From NCBI GenBank assembly GCA_010093815.1, contig ML996569.1: 64,000 bases of DNA. One strand, written 5' to 3'. The notes below the pieces were generated by a model. That model saw nothing but the letters and a program-made list of their open reading frames with translations. It searched no databases and was not told the origin of the DNA. Position numbers and translations under genes: made by a program. Source of the stretch: Pseudovirgaria hyperparasitica. Lineage: Eukaryota. This document shows positions 59,942 through 64,000 of this stretch, in pieces. Every line of letters begins with the position of its first letter. Within the stretch, counting starts at the first letter, position 1.

Positions 59942-61058
59942 TCACCCCATCTCCGGCGGCAACTGCAAAAAATGCAACGCATGCTCCGGCGACGGCGTAG
60001 CCTCCGGCGTATTAGTCGAGTAAAACCCAACCCTACCCTCTCCCAAGCCCACGCCCAACCCGCCCTTCCCATCCAACACGGCCTCCACCCCCGCACGCAA
60101 CTCGCCCAACCCCTCAAACCGCGGCACCGCATCCAAGCCAACCAACACCCCCCGAACCGCCTCCCGCAGCCGCGCAATCTCCGCCTTCCGAGCCTCATGC
60201 AGCCGAAACGAGAGATGGAGCACCTCCTCCTTCTTGCAGGGGATGCGCGCGACGTCGCTGTTGTGCTTGTTGAGGCGGGTGACGGGGGCGTAGGCGGGGC
60301 CGGCGTCGAGGAGCTCGTTGTAGTGCTTTTCCATTTGGGCGCGGATGTCCTCGCGGGCGGTGCGCTCTTTGCCTGCTTTGCGGTTGGTGTCGGGGCGGGG
60401 GTCGACGAGGGAGGAGGGGGAGGGGGAGGGGGCGCTGGAGAGGGNNNNNNNNNNNNNNNNNNNNNNNNNNNNNNNNNNNNNNNNNNNNNNNNNNNNNNNN
60501 NNNNNNNNNNNNNNNNNNNNNNNNNNNNNNNGTGGTGGTGGTGGTGGTGGTGGTGGTGGGTTTTTTGATACGGCTGGCTTGTACGCTGGTGTAGCGGGCG
60601 TGGAGAGATGTGTTTGTGGTTGTGCGTGTGCTTTCACGTGTGCTGGTTGGGCTTTGGCTGAGTACCGGTCCGCATAGAGGGCTTCGGGGAGCGGGAGGCT
60701 CGTAGACGGGCGCGATTGGGCGTGCTGGGGCGTAGTTTGCGGTGGATAGATATGTAATCTTCTGATCGATCGGTGGGGCAGGCGACCGCGGGGCAGGTGA
60801 GCGTCCGTTGAAGGCATGAGCTTGGAGTGATGGCGATGTAGCCATTGTGATAGAGGGTAGGGTCAGAGATGGAAGTGATGCTCTCGCGTGAGGGTGCTGG
60901 TCCATGGCGGATGTCGATTGTGTGTGCCATGAATTGCTGCTATCTGGCGACGTTCTACCACTCTGGAGATTGACACTCTCTGGTAATGAGTTTGATCGCA
61001 TACCAGAGGTATACCGGTGAAGATCACTGGTACTGTCAAGATCTGGAAGGCGTACCAT
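59942..61058 (-). CDS. Putative divergent bHLH(-zipper) transcription factor interrupted by an assembly gap
   Basis: Ser/Pro-rich ORF from MVRLP (ATG 61058) runs into the N gap. After the gap, another frame reads RKAGKERTAREDIRAQMEKHYNELL...KKEEVLHLSFRLHEARKAEIARLRE, which fits basic-helix1/loop/helix2 spacing. Confidence 0.55.
60445..60531. other. Assembly gap (87 N) flanked by (GGT)n and G-rich low-complexity sequence
   Basis: Run of N characters in the sequence. Confidence 1.
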
Positions 61059-63179
61059 CTTGGGACTTGCAGAGGGTACAGGCTTTTCCAAGTAAAGAGC
61101 TGTAGGAATTGGGGGGAAAGAGGGCATAAGAACAATGACTTGGGGAAGATAGACAGAAGAGTCGGACTATGTAATGTTGAGAGCAAAAGATGAAAAGAAT
61201 GCGAATTGGGAGATTATAGACTTGAGCCAAAGGTCTGTGTGTATATGTGTGTGTGTGTGCGTGTGCGTGTGCGTGTGTATTTGGGTATTTCACCAGCAGG
61301 TCCCCAATTAGCATCCGAACTGAGAGAGAGAGAGAGAGGAGCGCCATGCCATAAACACGGCCGTGTTGCAGGGCCGTTGGGGTATCCCAGGTCTACAACG
61401 GTCCCAGAATGCGAGGAACATCACAGGTAGTACGACGGTCCCCAAAGAGGAAGACAAAGGGAACTTTAGACTGAGTGGAGCGACAGGGCAAGGCGAGTGA
61501 AGACGAGTAGGTAGCAGTCAGGCGCCCTTGCGTGAAGTTGCTGTGTGTGTGTGTGTGGTCAATGGCCACCAAGTTTGTTTGCGGCGCGCAGGGTCTCCGG
61601 AAGGCTCCATGAGTATCCGCGGCGGGATCAACCTGGGATGAAGTGGGAACTCAGCTTGCACTGCATCCAGCGTGCTGTGAAGCTCTCTATGTATGGCATT
61701 CAGTCCGGTGTCGTGTGGAGTCGAGTCGAGCGGGAGAGAGACAGAGATAGAGAGCGGATGGAGAGCAATGCGGTGCAGGTTTCAACGGTTACTACTACCC
61801 ATCTACGTTTCGTGGCTTAGCGGTAGCCGGTGGAGACATCTATTTCTCGCAGTTCTCTCTCCTCCTACGTATAATATAGCCTATAGAAAAGACTGGCTGT
61901 GCAGGATATTCGTTGAGCGGGTCTCCATTATCGCCGCAAAAAGAGTCAAAAAAGTGACGACGTCTCGGAATCCAAAGTGATGATCCTCAAATAGCACACG
62001 CAAGCAACCATGTAGCCAGGTCGCAGATTGGGTCTGTCTTCTGTCTGGCTGTCTGTCTGGCCTGACTGTCTGTCTGGCAAGCAACATGAGAAGTGACGAT
62101 AATAGTAGTAGTGTTTGCACGCTCTACACGAACATACAGCCAGCCTTGTGGGTGAACCGAGGCTCCATGTGCTTTGCTCTCTGTTTAGATTGCACGTTGT
62201 GCGAGTTGATAGGCAGTCAGCCAGTTATTGCGATGCGAATGACTCTTGACGTGCCGATTCCTGTGTGACGAGGACGTCGTCTTCCTACCAAACATGTCCT
62301 GGAAGTGCGCACAAAGTACAAGGATGCGAGGAGCGTGATGGTGGCCTGCTCTCTCTGAGAGAGCAAGGCCTAGGTTGCGCAGGCCCCACAGCCGTTGGAG
62401 CGCAAGATTGCTTCAGACTCGTGCTCGTCGCAGAAAAGTGATGAACCGCATCTTCTCCCGTCCAATGCGGCACGATGCATGCTGGGCGGCGATTGATGAG
62501 GAATGAGTGGGGTGATGGAATAAATAGGCGAGCGGAGGGAGATGGGAAGACGAGGATGCATGGAAGATGGGCCATGCATGGAAGACGAGCATGGATGCAG
62601 GGATGATGGATGCTTTCAACGGCGAGACGACTCATCCAGCCACTATACACGAGTCAGGTATCATGTTCTTGAGGGCCTCCTTCAGACAGGCAGAACGCGT
62701 CTGTTAGGCGGATAGTGATATTGACCACGCACTCAATAAACAACTCGGATACACTTGTCAGTGGATGATCAAAAAAGGAAAACGACTCATGTTGCTCAAT
62801 CTGGACTAAGGCATATAGACATGGAACAAAAGGCGACGGCCAGAGAACTTCCCAGCAGACTTTCAAAGGAAACCATAACATCACCTGCCGCCACAGCTGT
62901 CGCGGCGAGATTCCCTTTGCCTGTTCGTTCTCTGGTCGTTTGATTAAAAGTATTCCCCAAAAGAGCCCGCCATAAAGCACGATGCTTTTCATGTGTTGAG
63001 ACACACACCACCAGCGGGCGAACCGGTGGCACATCTCAAACGTCACGTCCGCTCTCCAAGCACAATGGGAATAAACACTTAGATGTTGCCCTCGTCGTTG
63101 TGCTAGAAACACCTCCATACCCGCCGTATTCGTATTAGTCTATGCATATGATGATGGATGCGGTAGTGCCAGCGTTTGT

Positions 63180-64000
63180 TTATAGCAGTGTGAACATGGC
63201 AAGGCCCGTCAGGCCCAGGAAGGCAGACATGCCGAGCTTGATAGCACCACTGCCTTCGTCAGAGTTGGAGGGGTTGCCGTTCAGGTTCTGCGGGTCGTCC
63301 TGGCTACCAGCGCAAGTGATTCCTCCGCGAAGAGGCTTGCCGTCACCAGTCAGACCGTCATAGTAGTCACAGACGTCGGTGATGTTCTCTGAGCTCTGGA
63401 GGTTGAACTTGCCGTTAACCTTGTTCAACTTGGGGAGTGTGACACTGCGCCATTGTAAGCAATTGTCCTTGGATTTCGACTTGGGTCCAACTTACTTGGT
63501 GAAGTTTCCGGCAAGATCGACAGCAGCCTCGACATCGGTCAATTCCGGGAAGTCAAGTTCCTTGAGTTCGGAGTTGCCACCAGCTGCAAGGTCTTCGCCC
63601 ACCTTCTCGAGCAGAGGAAATGAGACATTGTTAAGCTTCTTGTTCTCAGTGAAGGATAGCGAACCAACAGTCGTCAAGTTGGGGCAAGCCAGATTCTCGA
63701 AAAGACTGTTTGTGAAGCCAAGTCCGCCCTCTACTTCAACCAGAGATGAGAGATCGACCATCGAGACGGCAGTAAGCTGGAGCTTCTTGGCAGACAAAAG
63801 GTTACCAAACTGGGCCGAGGTTTCAGCGTTGTTATCCTGGACGGTAAGCTCAGTGGAGACGTTGGTGACCTTGATGGCAATCTCCTTGAGGTATGGGTTC
63901 TGGGCGATGATCAGAGTATCGACAGTCTCAATGTTGATGCCTTCGAGGGTATTAAGCTGGGTGTTGCTGATGGTGATTGATTTGGCGTGGGTCAATTCCG
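63180..64000 (-). CDS. ECM33: GPI-anchored cell wall protein, Ecm33/Sps2 family (3' part; 5' end outside window)
   Basis: Receptor-L-like repeats (ISNTQLNTLEGI, CPNLTTVG, SFPLLEKVG, FPELTDV, LPKLNKVNG); intron 63495-63445; C-terminal GPI signal GSGAIKLGMSAFLGLTGLAMFTLL*. Confidence 0.88.

Noticed and set aside
59542..60198. 218-aa minus-strand ORF with poly-His and QL repeats
   Set aside because: Translation of microsatellites in the 3' flank plus an alternative frame of the bHLH-like gene.

Overview
Genomic DNA from a filamentous ascomycete: short GT-AG introns with CTRAY branch points and one assembly gap at 60445-60531. The left end (0.3-4.8 kb) holds housekeeping genes: a hypothetical gene, PEX19, UBC9 and PAB2, followed by an orphan multi-exon gene. 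From about 10.8 to 40.6 kb lies an accessory block with no PKS, NRPS, terpene cyclase or prenyltransferase. In order it contains two CYP7-like P450s, a PTH11-type membrane protein, a PDR/ABCG transporter, a Met-rich ferric/cupric reductase, an NAD(P)-dependent opine (octopine/nopaline-family) dehydrogenase, a SAM-dependent methyltransferase-fold enzyme, a CYP65-like P450, a Zn2Cys6 transcription factor, an MDR/ABCB transporter and a secreted carboxylesterase. The right end carries cytosolic MetRS, a hypothetical gene, RTT106, a DUF3405 protein, a HET-domain protein, a long microsatellite-rich intergenic region, a divergent bHLH-like gene broken by the gap, and the 3' part of ECM33. The best candidate for an undescribed system is the reductase / opine dehydrogenase / SAM enzyme / P450 module. 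Its gene logic echoes bacterial opine-metallophore operons, and three of its promoters share a tandem TGCTC element resembling Mac1 copper-response sites, suggesting a copper-regulated fungal opine metallophore pathway. This is a hypothesis. All calls are by eye from motifs; no database searches or statistics were run.
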